Notes: generated by a model not told the origin, from the sequence alone. A stretch of DNA of 64,000 nucleotides from an uncultured Verrucomicrobiae bacterium (GCA_963702845.1 OY969763.1:5120001-5184000), one strand, 5' to 3'; counted from the stretch's first letter, positions 49,231-60,930 are shown. Numbers and translations are program-made.

Positions 49231-50871
49231 ATGAGCGATAGCACTCAAACGTTACCAAGAACATCCAGCCACGCTGCTGTCAGCGACGTCCATCGCAAGC
49301 GGCTCCTCTGGGCCGGTTTCATGGCCATTTTATCCACCGGCGTCGGCTTCGCCATTCGCGGTGGAATTTTTGCAAACTGGGGAGCCGAATACGGCTTCAC
49401 CGGCGCGCAACTGGGTCAAATCGGCGGCGCTGGCCTGACCGGTTTCTGTTTCGGCGTCATTATTGGCGGCGTCATCGCGGATAAAATCGGCTATGGCAAA
49501 CTCGTCTGTGCCGCTTTCCTCCTGCACATTATTTCCGCTGTCGTCACCTTCATGACGAGCGCGAGCATGCCGCAGGCCTCGGCCTACGCCTGTTTGTATT
49601 GGGGCATGTTTATTTTCGCCTGCGCCAACGGCACACTTGAATCCGTCGCCAACCCTCTCGTCGCGACGCTCTTCCCCGAAAACCGCACGCACTACTTGAA
49701 TATCCTCCACGCCAGTTGGCCGTTGGGCTTGATGTTCGGTGGCGTTGCTGGCGCCGTCCTCGGCGGTTCACTCGGTTGGGGCTGGAAATCGCAACTCTCG
49801 CTCTATCTCATCCCAACCGTTCTTTACGGCATCATGTTCATGGGCCAAAAATTCCCGAAATCCGAAGCGTCCCAAAAAGGCCTCAGCATCGGCGAAATGT
49901 TCAAAGACGTCGGCATCCTCGGCGGCTTGGTCATTTGCTTCCTGATCGCGTTGTTCTTCCACGGCGCATTTGGATTGTCCAACGGCGCTGCTTACGCGAT
50001 CGCTGGCGTACTCCTCATCGCCATTGGTGTCATCACCAAATTCTCCATCGGCGCGGTTTTGCTCTTTGTCCTGTTCGCGACCCACGCGTTGGTTGGCGCG
50101 GTCGAACTGGGCACCGATCAATGGATTCAGAACATCACCGGCAACATCCTCACGCCGACGATGGGCAAATGGCTCTTCGTTTACACCTCGCTCATCATGT
50201 TCCTGCTCCGCTTCTGCGCGCACTTCATCGAAAAGAACCTGAAGCTCTCGCCCGTCGGCCTTCTCGCCGTCTGCGCGATCACGGCCGGGATCGGCCTGAA
50301 TCTTATCAGCATCTCGAACACGACCGTGATGATTATGGCCGCGCTCATGGTCTATGCGGCTGGCAAAACGTTCTTCTGGCCGACAATGCTCGCCGTTGCC
50401 TCCGACCGTTACCCGCGCACCGGGGCAATCGCTATCAGCATCATGGGCGGCATCGGCATGATGTCCGCCGGCATGATCGGCGCACCTGGTTTGGGTTATG
50501 CGAAAGACCGTTTCGCCGGTGAAGAATTGGCCAAGAACAATCCCGCCATCTACCAGGAATACAAAGCCGACACCAGCAGCTCATTCCTGCCTTTCGTGTT
50601 CAGCGACTCCACCGGTCTTAATGGTAAGAAATTGGCCGAAGCCAAAGCCGCTCCGAAAGACGCCGCTCATACCAAAGAAGCCGCAGTCACCGCTGCCGAC
50701 CTTCAAGGCGACCGCAAAACTTTGAAAGCCGACTCGTTCATCCCATTCACGATGGCTGGGATTTACATCCTGATCGCGATCTACTTTAAGTCGATCGGCG
50801 GTTATAAAATCGTCCACTTGAAAGGCACCGACGCCGCTGCGACACCCGGCAAAGACGAAGTCGTTGCTTAG
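49231..50871 (+). CDS. MFS transporter
   Basis: [11 protein letters not shown] motif [19 protein letters not shown] and more than 12 TM helices. Confidence 0.9.
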   Translation: MSDSTQTLPRTSSHAAVSDVHRKRLLWAGFMAILSTGVGFAIRGGIFANWGAEYGFTGAQLGQIGGAGLTGFCFGVIIGGVIADKIGYGKLVCAAFLLHIISAVVTFMTSASMPQASAYACLYWGMFIFACANGTLESVANPLVATLFPENRTHYLNILHASWPLGLMFGGVAGAVLGGSLGWGWKSQLSLYLIPTVLYGIMFMGQKFPKSEASQKGLSIGEMFKDVGILGGLVICFLIALFFHGAFGLSNGAAYAIAGVLLIAIGVITKFSIGAVLLFVLFATHALVGAVELGTDQWIQNITGNILTPTMGKWLFVYTSLIMFLLRFCAHFIEKNLKLSPVGLLAVCAITAGIGLNLISISNTTVMIMAALMVYAAGKTFFWPTMLAVASDRYPRTGAIAISIMGGIGMMSAGMIGAPGLGYAKDRFAGEELAKNNPAIYQEYKADTSSSFLPFVFSDSTGLNGKKLAEAKAAPKDAAHTKEAAVTAADLQGDRKTLKADSFIPFTMAGIYILIAIYFKSIGGYKIVHLKGTDAAATPGKDEVVA

Positions 50872-50891
50872 CAAAGCATTTTGAAAAGCAG

Positions 50892-50921
50892 AAAGGCGGC
50901 CTCGAACTGAGGCCGTCTTTC
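50892..50921. terminator. Bidirectional terminator between convergent genes
   Basis: AAAGGCGGCCTC-GAACT-GAGGCCGTCTTT hairpin. Confidence 0.7.
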
Positions 50922-50939
50922 TTATTAACCCTCCTCGGC

Positions 50940-53258
50940 TTACGGATAAATTTCGTAGACCAGCCCGTTCATCACGAACTGCACGTTGTTGCCTTGAGCC
51001 AGCCACGGCAACGCTTGTTTGTTCGTGCGGGCGAGATCGAAGTATTCTTTCGAATTAAATTGGACTCGGACATGTTTGGCTTTCGTTACATTTTGCACAT
51101 CGGTGTCTAGCCATTGGCTGCCGTTGAGGAAGAAGTTTTTCCCGGCGACAAATCGCGTTTGCTGAGCCGATTGATTGACTTGCGCGAGAATGTTTCCTTC
51201 GGCTTTTGCTTCAGCTGGCAGACCCGCCGCCACTGGCATTGGGCTAGTCGTCATGGCAGCGGCGAAGGCAGTGCCGGAGGCTTGTCGCGAACCGAGAGCC
51301 TGATTGTTGGCGAGCGCATCGCTGGCATTGTTGGCGTCTTTAAAGTTCGAACTGTACTGCGAATTCGCTACCGCAGCTTCACCGCTCACTTTGCGCTTGT
51401 AGTCATAATACAACTGACCGCCCTGTTTCATTGCGATATCGTCGCGATCAAGCTTCTGCATCGAACGCATCGCGACAGGCACGTTGCGCTTCTTTTCGTC
51501 CTCGACGATCAGATACGCGGTGTAAGGCGTGACGATTCCATACTTACGCGCCAGCGTGGTGACCTCGTCGCGGCTCTCGGTGTTGTCGCCGTGCAAACGA
51601 ATTTCGTCGAGCAGATACCCAACGCGCCGCGTCGCCCACAAGCGCGGAATAAAGTCGTGCTGTTCGTCCGTCGAAAAATCCACGTCATAGCGGAATTTTT
51701 TCGTCGCTCCGTTCACCGTTCCTTCCAAGACAACTTTGCCGTGAGCGTCGTGATTATATCGACCGACGAGAACCAATTGCTCGCCGCTAAACAAATCCGG
51801 CAGCGGCGACGGATACAATTTACTGACTCGCACGCCGTCGGGAAACTGCAGCTTCGGATTCGCAAGCACGGGCTCTTTCACCTTTGCAAAAAAACTCGAG
51901 ACCTTGGCTTCAATGTCTTCTTCGGGCAACACGTATTGCGTCACGGCATGCGTCTCTTCGGCGATGCGATCGAGCAGGCGGGTGTTCACGTCGTAACCGA
52001 CGCCGAAACAAAACACTCGCGTGTTGCCGCCGCCGCCTTCGCGGGCGTGCTCGATGATGGCTTTCTCGTCGGTGACGCCGATTGTCGGCAAACCGTCGGT
52101 GAGAAAAATGACGAGGTAAGGCCGCTCAGAGTCTTTTGGTCGAACTTTCAGCGCTTCCTGCAACGCTGAATCAAGCGCGGTGCTGCCGGTGGCCTGTAAG
52201 TCCTTGATGAAATCCTGCGCTTCTTTACGCGAGCCGTCGGATACTTTGCGCAGTCCATGGAAGAGCGGCTCAACTTCAGTGGAAAAGTGGACCACTTCAA
52301 AGCGATCCTCCTCATTCAAGCTATCCACGCAAAACTCGAGCGCTTTCCTGGCCTGCTTGATCTTGTTGCCTTGCATCGATCCAGAAGTATCGATCACGAA
52401 CGTGACATCTTTCGGATTCACCGTGTGTTTCTTCGCAACGACTCCAGGCGAGAGCAGCATCAGAAAATAGCCGTCGTCATTGCCGGTTTTATAGGTCATC
52501 AGGTTCGCGCCGAGTTCGTCGGTGTCGGCTTTGTAGAACAGTTCGAAATCGGAGTCGCATTTCACATCGGCTGTTTCGAAGCCGATGGTGGCGCGGTCAT
52601 CACCCTTTCGCCGCACTTCAACTTTGTGGCTGGGCGAGTAGATGGACTTGAGAGGTTGGGTCGATTCCAGTTCGACCTTTACGCTGACGTTCTTCAAAGG
52701 CCGCGTGGAGAAACGAGTCGTGTTCAATGGAAACGCGTAACTGACCAGGCCGGAATCGCTCTTGAGCACTTGAGTATAAGAGAAGGTCACGCGCTTTTGA
52801 CCATGAGCGGGAATGGGAAAGATGCGCAGCTTGAACAAATCGCGATCGGCGTATTCCAACAGCGCCGGATCCTTCATCTTGCGCACGATCTCTTCGTAAA
52901 TGCCACGCGCCTTGACCGACTTCAGTAATTCGGCTTCGACCATTTTGCCGTCGATTTCCATGGTGAACTTATCGAGTTGCGCGCCGCGCGGCACGGGGAA
53001 CAGGAGCGAACCCTCCATCTGTTGCGGGTTGGGATTGTAAAGAACCTGCTCGACCTTCGTGTGCGCCACCTGATCGTGGATATTTGCGGTGACGCGTGTG
53101 GACTCGATTTCGATTGCGCCCCATTGGTAAGGGGCGAAGTCCGGTGGGCGAATTGGATGCCTGACGTCGACCTCCGGAACAAAAACCTGGCCCAAGGCGC
53201 AATGAGCGAGTGCTGATACGAGTAATACGGCGGCACGAACGAACGAAATCGTCTTCAT
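50940..53258 (-). CDS. Secreted VIT + von Willebrand A domain protein
   Basis: Signal peptide, VIT region (DPALLEY), MIDAS motif DTSGS, FLTDG, RLWATRRVGYL and IVTPYTAYL. Confidence 0.9.
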   Translation of the reverse strand: MKTISFVRAAVLLVSALAHCALGQVFVPEVDVRHPIRPPDFAPYQWGAIEIESTRVTANIHDQVAHTKVEQVLYNPNPQQMEGSLLFPVPRGAQLDKFTMEIDGKMVEAELLKSVKARGIYEEIVRKMKDPALLEYADRDLFKLRIFPIPAHGQKRVTFSYTQVLKSDSGLVSYAFPLNTTRFSTRPLKNVSVKVELESTQPLKSIYSPSHKVEVRRKGDDRATIGFETADVKCDSDFELFYKADTDELGANLMTYKTGNDDGYFLMLLSPGVVAKKHTVNPKDVTFVIDTSGSMQGNKIKQARKALEFCVDSLNEEDRFEVVHFSTEVEPLFHGLRKVSDGSRKEAQDFIKDLQATGSTALDSALQEALKVRPKDSERPYLVIFLTDGLPTIGVTDEKAIIEHAREGGGGNTRVFCFGVGYDVNTRLLDRIAEETHAVTQYVLPEEDIEAKVSSFFAKVKEPVLANPKLQFPDGVRVSKLYPSPLPDLFSGEQLVLVGRYNHDAHGKVVLEGTVNGATKKFRYDVDFSTDEQHDFIPRLWATRRVGYLLDEIRLHGDNTESRDEVTTLARKYGIVTPYTAYLIVEDEKKRNVPVAMRSMQKLDRDDIAMKQGGQLYYDYKRKVSGEAAVANSQYSSNFKDANNASDALANNQALGSRQASGTAFAAAMTTSPMPVAAGLPAEAKAEGNILAQVNQSAQQTRFVAGKNFFLNGSQWLDTDVQNVTKAKHVRVQFNSKEYFDLARTNKQALPWLAQGNNVQFVMNGLVYEIYP

Positions 53259-53297
53259 GCCCAGTTAGACGGAAAGGCCTGAAGAATGCTCCCGCGC

Positions 53298-53720
53298 TCA
53301 AGGCTTCACAATTTTGTCCATCAAATCGGGCGCAAACGCCATGAAATGGCGATCGTTTAGCGTATAGATTCGTCGTGCTTTGCTTTTTCGAGCGCAACCA
53401 AGAATAAACAAGTCGTAAACAGCGCCACCGCGAACTCCCGCAGGGCCTGCCGACTCAATCACTTTCAAATACTCGGCGTGAGACAGACCTATCAAGCCGA
53501 GCCTGTCGTAAACGTTGTGCTTCACGAGATTTGTAGCATCGCGAGGTGAAAGTTGCAGACCGAGCCTGCCACCAGTGAGCGTCGCGAAACATTCCAAAAG
53601 GCAATGCGCCGCTGTGCTCCCGTCCTTTGTTGCTTCCAGCGCGGCGGCGCAGGCGTCGTGGCGAGGTTCATCTTCGACCATTGCCGCGACGAGCACCGTT
53701 GTATCGAAGAAATCGCTCAC
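53298..53720 (-). CDS. vapC: PIN-domain toxin
   Basis: FFDTTVLVAA, ECFATLT, VYDLFI and YTLNDRHF acidic PIN residues. Confidence 0.85.
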   Translation of the reverse strand: MSDFFDTTVLVAAMVEDEPRHDACAAALEATKDGSTAAHCLLECFATLTGGRLGLQLSPRDATNLVKHNVYDRLGLIGLSHAEYLKVIESAGPAGVRGGAVYDLFILGCARKSKARRIYTLNDRHFMAFAPDLMDKIVKP

Positions 53721-53965
53721 AAACGTTCTTTGCGCGTTTCTTCGACCGCGCTAACCACGTCAACAACTTTGCCTTGTCTGGGAACAACGAGCAATTTACC
53801 GCGTTGCTGCAGTTTTGGGCTTTGGTCTTCAGCCAAGGTCAACTCCAAGCGGTTCCCGTAAACTTCGGCTTCAAAGACAGCAGTCGGTGGTGTGTTCAGT
53901 GACTGGCGGATACTACGAGGAAGCACTAAGCGGCCCGCACGGTCCATCGCGAGTTTTACTTTCAT
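53717..53965 (-). CDS. AbrB/MazE/SpoVT-family antitoxin
   Basis: MDRAGRLVLPRSIR motif; overlaps the toxin start. Confidence 0.85.
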   Translation of the reverse strand: MKVKLAMDRAGRLVLPRSIRQSLNTPPTAVFEAEVYGNRLELTLAEDQSPKLQQRGKLLVVPRQGKVVDVVSAVEETRKERL

Positions 53966-53972
53966 AGCATGC

Positions 53973-54000
53973 ATACCATACCAAATACCATACCATATGG
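53973..54000 (-). promoter_or_regulatory. Putative TA autoregulatory operator
   Basis: Tandem ATACCATACCA at 53973-53983 and 53985-53995, plus CCATATGG, directly upstream of the antitoxin start. Confidence 0.55.
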
Positions 54001-54132
54001 CAATTTATTTGGTAGCTTAGGCGTTCGAAATGTTTTGAAGCCCCCTGTTGCGGTCGCCGCGGACGTGGACGTCCGCACTCCGCACAGTCAAGCGAACTTG
54101 AATTTACGCGGCATTTAGACAAAGATATTTCC

Positions 54133-54855
54133 ATGAAAGCCATCACATATTCCACGTTGGTTCTCTGTTCAATTCTCACCCTCTCGGTTCACGCCGAAAA
54201 CAAAACCAAATGGCGCATCAAAGGCGATCTCGAGGAGGCCTGCTCGTGCAATGCTCCCTGCCCGTGTTGGTTCCAGGCGTTGCCCTCGCGCGTGACCTGC
54301 AACGGCGCGCAAATTATTTTCATTGAAAAAGGCAAATACGGGAAAGTGTCGCTCGATGGCCTAGCCGTCGCACAATACGTGCAGAGTCCCGAAAACAAAT
54401 CGATGTTCGAGTCGTTCGGCAATTGGAACATCGACAGTATTTACATCGATGAAAAAGCCAACGAGGCGCAACGCGCTGCGCTTAAGGAAGTCGCTATCCA
54501 CCTCTTTCCTCAAGGCGGTAAAGAACATAAATTTGGAGTCGTCCCGATTTCCCGCCGCATTCAAGGCGGTGAACACATCACGACTGTCGGCAATTATTCC
54601 ATTTGCTCCGGCCATCTGATTCAAGGTGGTTACGAGGGCGCGCCACTAATCAGCAACGTCCCGCTGGCCGATCCGACTCACAAACAATTTCATCAAGGCC
54701 AGACGACAAAGCTCACCTACACCGACGCTGGACAGAACTGGAAATACGAAGATTCCAATTACATGTTTAACAAGTTCGACGTGGACAATAAAGAGTACGA
54801 GAAATTCGAAGCCGACATGGCAAAGAAGATGGAGAAACTAAAAGGTAAGATGTAA
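54133..54855 (+). CDS. DUF1326-domain protein, exported
   Basis: WRIKGDLEEACSCNAPCPC, IEKGKYGKVSLDGL and IDEKANEAQRAAL; signal peptide. Confidence 0.8.
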   Translation: MKAITYSTLVLCSILTLSVHAENKTKWRIKGDLEEACSCNAPCPCWFQALPSRVTCNGAQIIFIEKGKYGKVSLDGLAVAQYVQSPENKSMFESFGNWNIDSIYIDEKANEAQRAALKEVAIHLFPQGGKEHKFGVVPISRRIQGGEHITTVGNYSICSGHLIQGGYEGAPLISNVPLADPTHKQFHQGQTTKLTYTDAGQNWKYEDSNYMFNKFDVDNKEYEKFEADMAKKMEKLKGKM

Positions 54856-55032
54856 GCGCGCTCAGAACGATTGCGATGGCTGCGGAATAATTTGTTTTGC
54901 GAAGTTCAATTGTTGGCCCAGCTCTGCCATTGTTGCTGCAATGTGTTTGTCGAGGATTACGATGTGCCCGTTCGCCATCAGGGGCCAGGTCGGCAGGTTG
55001 CAAGTCGGCATTTGACAGGTAGACTTACCTAC

Positions 55033-55455
55033 ATGAATCGAAAAGCATCAGCGATCTGGCGCGGCGGCCTCAAAGACGGCAAAGGCGTCATCTCAACCGA
55101 CAGCGGAGTTTTGAAAGACACGCAGTATTCTTTCAGCACACGCTTTGAAAACGGCGTTGGAACAAATCCCGAAGAACTGATCGCAGCGGCGCACGCCGGC
55201 TGTTTTTCGATGGCATTTTCGGCCGAGCTTGGCAAAGCGGGGCTTATTCCGGAATCGATCAACACCACCGTCACAATTACTTTCGAAAAAACGGATGCCG
55301 GTTTCACGGTGACCAAATCTCACCTCGATGTGACCGCCAAGATTCCGGGAGCGGATCAGAACAAAGCGATGGAAATCGCTAATGCGGCCAAAGCCGGCTG
55401 CCCGATTTCGCGGTTGCTGAAGTGCGAAATCACCATGGACGCGAAGCTGAGTTGA
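55033..55455 (+). CDS. osmC: OsmC peroxiredoxin
   Basis: [26 protein letters not shown] and AKAGCPIS. Confidence 0.95.
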   Translation: MNRKASAIWRGGLKDGKGVISTDSGVLKDTQYSFSTRFENGVGTNPEELIAAAHAGCFSMAFSAELGKAGLIPESINTTVTITFEKTDAGFTVTKSHLDVTAKIPGADQNKAMEIANAAKAGCPISRLLKCEITMDAKLS

Positions 55456-55565
55456 TTAAGGCATTGGCGTTTACTTCTGCGGGGTGCGGTGTCGGGCTCG
55501 GGGCAACGGGCGAAACGTATCTACACTGGTAATTGTTTCGCAAGTGACGACCGATTGGAGTGCCT

Positions 55566-56462
55566 ATGGCGCGACCAAATTTTCTGCTAACGACGGTAGT
55601 CTGGCTGGTCATTTTTACTGCTTCGCAACTCAGGGCGGGCGAGGCGATGACTTATATCTATAATGCGCCCGAATCCCTTCTCGATAAACGGTACCTCTTT
55701 CATTGGGAGATTTTGCGAACGGCCCTGGAAAAGACTAAAGACAATTACGGGCCGTATCGGATGGTGGCTTCTGAATTCATGACGGAACGGCGACAGGCGT
55801 TTGAATTGAAAAACGCAACGGGGAAGTTGACGGTGATGTATCTGAGCACGATTCCGGATTTTGAAACGAATCTGATGCCGATTCGGATTCCGGTGGATAA
55901 AAACCTGGGCGGGTATTGTGTCTTTTTGATTCGGAAGGACCGCGCGGTGAAGTTTCGGACGGTGAAGACTTTGGATGATTTGCGGCAGTTCAGCTACGGA
56001 CTCGGACTCGGGTGGATTGATGTGGATATTTTAAAGTCGAACAATCTGAAGGTTGTGACGGGGTCGAGTTATGAGGGGTTGTTTGAGATGACGGTGGCTG
56101 GACGGTTTGATGTGTTTTTGCGCGCGGCGGTGGAGGTGCTGGAGGAATATGAGGAACGGAAGAGCAAGTTCCCGGACCTGATGATCGAGGAGACGATTTG
56201 TTTGTATTATCCGCTGCCAATGTATTTCTGGTTTTCGAAAACGGACGAGGGCATGGCGCTGAAGAAGCGCGCCGAGGAGGGAATGTGGATGATGATCAAT
56301 GACGGAACGTACGACAAAATTTTCGATAAATATCAGCGGTCGAAAATTGAGCGGCTGAAATTGAAGGAGCGGAAGTTGTTCAAGATCGTGAATCCGTTCC
56401 TCGTGCCAGAGACGCCGTTGAATGACAAACGGCTGTGGTTTGATCCCCAGACTTATAAATGA
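55566..56462 (+). CDS. Extracellular solute-binding protein (family 3-like)
   Basis: Signal peptide, PIRIPVDK, GWIDVDIL, GRFDVFLR and YYPLPMYF. Confidence 0.75.
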   Translation: MARPNFLLTTVVWLVIFTASQLRAGEAMTYIYNAPESLLDKRYLFHWEILRTALEKTKDNYGPYRMVASEFMTERRQAFELKNATGKLTVMYLSTIPDFETNLMPIRIPVDKNLGGYCVFLIRKDRAVKFRTVKTLDDLRQFSYGLGLGWIDVDILKSNNLKVVTGSSYEGLFEMTVAGRFDVFLRAAVEVLEEYEERKSKFPDLMIEETICLYYPLPMYFWFSKTDEGMALKKRAEEGMWMMINDGTYDKIFDKYQRSKIERLKLKERKLFKIVNPFLVPETPLNDKRLWFDPQTYK

Positions 56463-58469
56463 GCGCTGTTCCCAGCGAGCCCTGCACGCGTCCGAGTTCA
56501 ATCGCGACGCTGGTGATCATTGCGCTGGTGACAGTAACGACACTGGTCCTGGCGACGTTTGGGATAATTAATTATCGGTCAGAAGCGAAGGAGCATTGGC
56601 ATACTTTGCGCGTGCATGTCGCGGCAGATGCGGAGCAGATGGCGGCAGCGTTGGCATTACCCCTTTGGAATTTTGACCGACCGCAAATCGATCGCGTGGT
56701 TGAGAGTATTTTCATGGAACCGGTGGTGGTCCGCATCCAGTTACACGAACAGGGTGCGCGCGGGACAACGATGGTTTGGGAGCGATCGGTGGATGGCTCA
56801 GTACGCAAAGGCGGCAACAGTGAATTCCCGACGAACGGTTTGTTGCGGGAGGTCAGGACGGTGAAGGCAGGGACGGATACGATGCTTGGGACGGTGGAGC
56901 TTTTTGCGACACCGGAGTTTTTACAGTCGGAATTGCGAAAGGATCTGGCGGCAACGATTGCCAGAATCGTCGCGCTGGATGCGGTGTTGTCGCTGGCTTT
57001 GTATCTGGTTTTGTGCCGGTGGGTGATCAACCCATTAAAGACGGTGCAGCAGTTTGCGGTGGCGGTGAGTACGGGCACGGTTGCAAATCGAAAAATGGGT
57101 GGGCCACGGTTTTACGGCGAGCTGGAGTCGTTGAGGCGATCGATGGAAAAGACGTTCGGCGAACTGGAGCATCGCTACCTCGAAAAAGAGAAGGCAGAGG
57201 CGGCGCTGCGACGGCAGGCGGCATTTGATGAATTGATTACGCGGCTGATGACACAGTTTGTCAGCGCGACGGCGGCGGAGATTGATGAGCAGGTGAGGGC
57301 GAGTTTGCGGGGGATTGCGGAGTTTGTAGGCGCCGAATCTGGGGTCGTGATTCAAGTCTCCGGCGACCGGACGTCGTGGAGTGTGACGCATGAATGGTGT
57401 GCGCCGGGAATCGCCAGCCGGATGGGCCATTTTCAAGCAGTGCCGATGGGTGGATCGCCGTGGATCGAAGATCGGATTACTGATGATAACGCGGTGGCCA
57501 TCGGATCTAAAAATGAGTTACCCGCTGATGCGAAAGAGGAGCGCGCGCGATGGGAGAAAGCAGGGATAAAGTCGATTTTGCATGTGCCACTCAGGGCGCG
57601 AGGGGGTGCTATCAACGGAGCGTTGTCGTTGGTTTCTTTCTCCCGGGAAGTGAATTGGCCGCGAGCGGAAATTCCGCGCGTGCGAATTTTGAGTAATGCC
57701 ATAGCGAACACGTTGGAGCGACAAACAGCAGAGGAATTGGTGCTGCATTCGCGCGAGCAGTTGCGCGCGTTGACGGGGCGGTTGCAATCGTTGCGGGAAG
57801 AGGAGCGGACGCGATTGTCACGGGAGATTCACGATCATCTTGGACAGTTGTTGACGGCGCTGAAGTTGGATTTGCGTTTAGTGGAGCGGAAGGTTGCCGG
57901 GTTGCCCGATAGCGAGGGAAGGAACGTTGCGACCAATAAATTGGTGTCGGCGCAGATGCTGGCGGATGAGACGTTGGTTTCGGTGCAGAAGATTGCGGCG
58001 GAGTTGAGGCCGGGGATTTTAGATCGAATTGGATTGGCGGCGGCGATTGAGTCGGACGCGAATGCTTTTCAAACGAGGACTGGCGTGGTGATCGAATGCA
58101 AGGTCCCCAAAGATACGGCGGATGTTCCGCAGGAACTTGCGACGGCGGCATACCGGATTTTCCAGGAGCTGTTGACGAATATTGCGCGGCACGCGAAGGC
58201 GACGCATGCGAGAGTGGGGGTTGGGATTTAATGATGGGTGGCTGGTTTTGGAGGTGAATGATAATGGGGTGGGAATTCGCGCATCGGAAATTGACAACCC
58301 GAATTCACTTGGGATTCTTGGGATGCACGAACGGGCCGCGATGCTCGGCGGCACAACGTTGCTCGAAGGTAAGCCGGGGGAGGGCACGACTGTGATTGTG
58401 ACAATTCCGTTCGATAGTCAACGCAACGCAACTGACGGGGCGCGCGGCGCGACGTCCGCTACCAAATGA
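56459..58469 (+). CDS. Membrane sensor histidine kinase (HAMP-GAF-HisKA_3), frameshift in G-run at 58216-58220
   Basis: 2 TM helices, GAF, ERTRLSREIHDHLGQ and RIFQELLTNIARHA; the ATPase end (VNDNGVG, GILGMHER) continues in the shifted frame. Confidence 0.85.
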
Positions 58470-59098
58470 AACGAGTACTGATAGCAGATGACCACGCGAT
58501 GATGCGCAAAGGTCTCCGGGAAACACTTGAGGAAGAAGTGGGGCCGCTGACTTTTGGCGAGGCGGAGAACAGCGCGCAGGTCATGGAAATGATCTGGAAA
58601 CAGAAGTGGGACCTGGTGTTGCTGGATATTAATATGGAAGGTCGTAGCGGCTTGGAGGCGTTGGCGGAAATCCGCAAGGAGCGACCGAAATTGCCGGTGC
58701 TGATTTTGAGCATGTATCCGGAACAGGATTTTGCGGTGCGCGCCTTGAAACTAGGCGCGTCAGGTTATATCAGCAAGCGACTGGCCTCGGATGAACTTGT
58801 GGCGGCGGTGAAGAAAGTTTTGGCGGGCGGCCGCTATATCACACCGGCTGTAGCGGACCAACTCGCGGCGGAATTGCATCGGGAGAGCCATCGAGCGCCA
58901 CACGAACTGCTTTCAAATCGTGAGTTCCAGATCATGAGAATGATTGCGACTGGCAAATCGCTAAAGGAGATTGCCGCGGAACTGTCGATCAGCGTGAAAA
59001 CAGTGGGAACTTATCACGGGCGGTTGCTCGCGAAAATGGGGATGAGTTCAGACATTGACCTCACCCGCTACGCTTTGACGAACAAGCTCGTGGATTAG
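58466..59098 (+). CDS. NarL/UvrY-family response regulator
   Basis: ADDH, LLDINM, YISK and LSNREFQI HTH. Confidence 0.92.
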   Translation: MKRVLIADDHAMMRKGLRETLEEEVGPLTFGEAENSAQVMEMIWKQKWDLVLLDINMEGRSGLEALAEIRKERPKLPVLILSMYPEQDFAVRALKLGASGYISKRLASDELVAAVKKVLAGGRYITPAVADQLAAELHRESHRAPHELLSNREFQIMRMIATGKSLKEIAAELSISVKTVGTYHGRLLAKMGMSSDIDLTRYALTNKLVD

Positions 59099-59284
59099 CC
59101 AGAGAACCGTTGCCTCGCCTCCTGCGGATTTCAAATGTAAGCCCGCGGCTTACGCGCCTTGTCATCTCATCCTTACCGGACTTCGGGATTCAGACTCAAT
59201 AGTAGGAAGTTCCATGCACACGTAAGCTTGACCTTCAGTCAAATAACAAAACCCACACATTGGATTAACGAAGGACACAAGCTT

Positions 59285-60859
59285 ATGACGATGGCATCAG
59301 GCAATTCGAATGGTGAGCAAAGTAGTGAACTGAGCACAGAGCGCATCGCACGCCGAGGAGCGGAGCGAGGGGCGTTACGGTATGACGACCGATCGTTTTT
59401 CGCGCTGATCGAGAATATCTCGGACGTGATTATCGCGACGGACGCGGAGGGCAATGTGTGCTACGTCAGTCCATCGGTGGAACGCATGCTCGGCTACGCG
59501 CGCTACGAAGTGCTGCGGCGGAGTATTTTTGATTTTATTCATCCCGACGATGAGCCATCCGCGCAATTGGCATTTGCGGATATGCTGGCGACTCCCGGGA
59601 AATCGGGCGCTTTAACGGCGGTGCGCGCGCGGGATCGTGATGGCGAATGGCACATCGTCGAAGCCGTCGGAAAGAAATTGCCCGAAGGCGAAACGGTAGT
59701 GATGAGCCTGCGCGATATCACCGATCGCATCAACACAGAGGAAGCGTTGCGGCAATCAGAAAACAAACTTCGCCTGCATTCGCAGCAGACACGGCTCGGC
59801 GTAATCGAATGGGATGCCAATTTGCGCATCACGGGATGGAATCCGGCAGCGGAAAAGATTTTTGGTTATTCGGCGGCGGAAGTTTTGGGACAGGACGTGA
59901 GATTGATCGCGATCGATGAGCACAATGATTTCGCCGCGGAGGCGGGCGTCTGGGTGATGGGTGACGCGAATACAGGGCCGCTGACGAACGAGAATGTCAC
60001 GCGGGAAGGGCGGATTATCGTTTGCGATTGGTGCAATACGCCGCTGACCGCGCCCAACGGCAAGGTGATTGGAGTTGTTTCATTGGTGGAAGACGTAACC
60101 GAACAGCGTCGTTTGCAGGAGCAGTTGGCGCACACGCAGAGGCTCGAGATGATTGGCACGATGGCGAGCGGGATTGCGCATGATTTGACGAATATTTTCA
60201 CGCCGATTGTCATGATTGCACCGACGTTGCACCCTGAAATTTCCAATCCAGCGGGTTTGGCCAAGCTGGAGGCTTTGCAAGCCAGCGCCAACCGTGGGCT
60301 TGAACTGGTGAACCATATTATGTCCCTGACGCGCGGTTCAAAAGTCGAGCGGACGAATGTGCAGTCGGGGAAAATCATTACCGAAGTCGCGCAGATCATT
60401 GAGGAAGTCTTTCCAAAATCGATCGGGCTGACGGTTAATCCGGTGGAAAATTTATGGACAGTCCACGGCAATTGCACGGAATTGCACCAGGTGTTGATGA
60501 ATCTCTGCGTTAACGCGCGCGATGCCATGCCGAAGGGCGGAACGTTGACGGTCAATGCGCGCAATGTCGTCCTGAGCAAAATGCAGGCGAGTTTTATTCC
60601 CAATGCACAAGCCGGTCCTTACGTTGAATGGCATGTTGCGGATACCGGCACGGGGATGGAACCGGAAACGATGCAGCGAATTTTTGATCCGTTTTTTACG
60701 ACCAAAGAACGCGGCAAAGGGACGGGGCTCGGCCTTGCGATCTGCCTGCGGATTGTCCAAAGCCACGGCGGGGCGATTCACGTGCAAAGCGAACCCGGCA
60801 AAGGGACGGATTTCAGGGTGTATTTTCCAATTGTATCCGCCGGCGTTGCAGATGTGTGA
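59285..60859 (+). CDS. Cytoplasmic PAS-PAS histidine kinase (NtrB/CckA-like, no receiver domain)
   Basis: Two PAS domains, GIAHDLTN, QVLMNLCVNARDAM and FFTTKERGKGTGLGL. Confidence 0.88.
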   Translation: MTMASGNSNGEQSSELSTERIARRGAERGALRYDDRSFFALIENISDVIIATDAEGNVCYVSPSVERMLGYARYEVLRRSIFDFIHPDDEPSAQLAFADMLATPGKSGALTAVRARDRDGEWHIVEAVGKKLPEGETVVMSLRDITDRINTEEALRQSENKLRLHSQQTRLGVIEWDANLRITGWNPAAEKIFGYSAAEVLGQDVRLIAIDEHNDFAAEAGVWVMGDANTGPLTNENVTREGRIIVCDWCNTPLTAPNGKVIGVVSLVEDVTEQRRLQEQLAHTQRLEMIGTMASGIAHDLTNIFTPIVMIAPTLHPEISNPAGLAKLEALQASANRGLELVNHIMSLTRGSKVERTNVQSGKIITEVAQIIEEVFPKSIGLTVNPVENLWTVHGNCTELHQVLMNLCVNARDAMPKGGTLTVNARNVVLSKMQASFIPNAQAGPYVEWHVADTGTGMEPETMQRIFDPFFTTKERGKGTGLGLAICLRIVQSHGGAIHVQSEPGKGTDFRVYFPIVSAGVADV

Positions 60860-60930
60860 GGTTGGCCGGGAATTAGTGCGCCGGAAAAATTGAGCGGTTC
60901 TTGGCGCTTCAAAGGCACTGTTTTTCGCGC

